Under the pieces are notes generated by a model. It did no database searches. It worked only from the letters and a program-made list of their open reading frames with translations, and had not been told where the DNA came from. Both the position numbers and the translations under genes were made by a program. A stretch of DNA of 63,652 bases, the filler included, from Octopus bimaculoides (lineage: Eukaryota): assembly GCF_001194135.2 (NCBI RefSeq). It is 5 parts of 4 records of this genome, joined end to end, with 100 filler letters (N's around TTAATTAATTAA, not from the genome) between each part and the next. Parts side by side here need not be neighbours in the genome. Positions count along the whole stretch, not along the records: positions 53,091 to 61,993 come from NC_068982.1; positions 62,094 to 63,652 come from NC_068996.1; 3 more parts are not named here. The stretch is one strand, 5' to 3'. Position 1 is the first letter of the stretch. Every line of letters starts with the position of its first letter. Of the stretch, positions 61,884 through 63,652 are shown in pieces.

Positions 61884-63652
61884 CTTTCAAGGTGAAGAGA
61901 ATGACAGAGGACAAGAAAATAAATTTATACGTGTTGGGTTGCTTTTTTTTTTTTTCTCATGTTTTTATATATGATTACTCTTTTATACGTTTCNNNNNNN
62001 NNNNNNNNNNNNNNNNNNNNNNNNNNNNNNNNNNNNNTTAATTAATTAANNNNNNNNNNNNNNNNNNNNNNNNNNNNNNNNNNNNNNNNNNNNATATATA
62101 TATATATAATATATATACTAGCAGAAATACCCGGCGTTACTATGGGATTAAATTTGTACGTAGTCTGTTTCTGAGAGCTATTCTATTGGACCTCTGTCTA
62201 ATCATTAAAACATTGATTTAATGATCCAGCATCAAGTGCTGCAGCATGCCTTTGCTGATCTTGAGAAAATCCCATCTTGCTTCTCACTTCATACTCTCGC
62301 CTTGGGTTTTCTACAATCCTCCTTGCTTTATACTTGTTTCTGGAGAGATTACGTCTTTTGTTTGATAGCATATTTTTCCCAATATTGTAAACAAAATATT
62401 AGGAACATAGAAAGAAATTATACATTAATCCCTATTTTCGTAAGCAGTTCTATCCATAAAAATTTTATTTGAAGAAAGCAGAAATTGAAAGAAGAGAAAG
62501 TGAAAAGAACAGAGCAAGAAATTGAAAGATGTATGTACGTCTATATGAAATGGACGTGTGCGCGTGCGTGTGTGAGAGAGAAAGAGAGTGAGAAAGAGAG
62601 AGTGAGTGAGTGAAGGTGTGTGTTGTGATGATTGATGTCTTTTAAGGTACACACACGTATAGAAAATGTGATGTCATCGTATAAAATTTTATGATAGTTG
62701 ATTTATGAAAAAGATTATAATGTTGAATTTTTGAAATGCAAATATGTGAATGGAAATTAAGTTTAATTTGTAGTCAAAATAGTACTGAATCTTTTGACAC
62801 CCCATACGTCAAAATCTGTAACTCAGTTTTGGAAAGCATAAGGAATATATAATATATAGGACAGTATGTCACATAACAATATAGACGTAAGACCTGGTGG
62901 AAATAGCAGCCAAATCTCCCTCAAAACACCCTACTGTCTTCATCCAACAATTCTGCCTATTATGTAGTTTGAATGAGAAACTGTAACTAAAGATTAAGAT
63001 TATTAACCCCACAGAGAGAGGAAAGAAGAGAGACAGCATAGCGACAGTTTTGGCTGACTGTCATCCTGTACTCCCCTTGTTGCTAGCGAAATGGTATGTG
63101 CAGGCTGTCTGAGCAACTGGTTATTTTAATGGTGGAACAAACAGGACATAAAGATTACAAAAATAGTGATTCTCACTTTGAAACTAACAATTTTGAAAAT
63201 CTTTTTAGATTACAGAACACCCTGCTCTCCCATGTATCCATGTTTAAAATTTCAGCACGATTGGATGAACAATACTTGAGTTATAAGCGCACAAACAGAC
63301 AGACAGAATGGATTTTTTATATCAAGATATACACAACGGGCTTCTTTCAGTTTCCATCTACCAAATCCTCTCACAAGGCTTTGGCCAGCCTGAGGTTATA
63401 GCAGAAGACATTTTCCCAAGGTGCCATGCAGTGGGACTGAACTAGGAATCATGTCTTTGAGAAGCAAGCTACTTAACACACAGCCAAGCCATAATTATGA
63501 ACATTACAATTACAACATAATTCCAGGCTTCCAGAAACAGTTGTTGAGTTAAAAATCTATGCATTCTCTCCTAAGTATTCTGTATTTTTTTATGCTCTAT
63601 GCAAATTCATTTGTGTCTGTGTACATATAAATATGAATATTCTTGTACATAA

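Overview
AT-rich animal genomic DNA from a gappy draft assembly. It is most likely an octopod cephalopod; that is inferred from the SINE repertoire and microsatellite load and was not verified. About 80% of the supplied ORF track is microsatellite or N-gap noise. The main result is a spliced protein-coding gene on the minus strand at 55.9-61.9 kb that the ORF track misses entirely. Five GT-AG exons (61883-61767, 60684-60624, 59131-59021, 56249-56185, 55993-55922) join in matching phases into about 142 aa. That peptide carries the HEGIPGHHTQ, TAYMEGWGLYCE and RACRLVVDTGIH motifs of the mainly bacterial, uncharacterised DUF885 (zincin-like) family. Its 5' and 3' exons are not visible here. The gene body coincides with a CpG-depleted zone, consistent with germline gene-body methylation. 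One intron holds a tRNA-derived SINE that has captured a 139-bp piece of 28S rRNA. The rest is transposon debris: several tRNA-SINE families; CR1-group, RTE, R4/Dong-like and Penelope-like retroelements; Tc1/mariner, pogo/Tigger and hAT elements; and Helitron ends. There are also several minimal hammerhead-ribozyme-like motifs, strong hairpins, and a 3' tail shared between CR1-group LINEs and one SINE family. No CRISPR array, operon or intact rRNA/tRNA gene is present. Family names come from recalled motifs, not database searches, and repeat boundaries are approximate.
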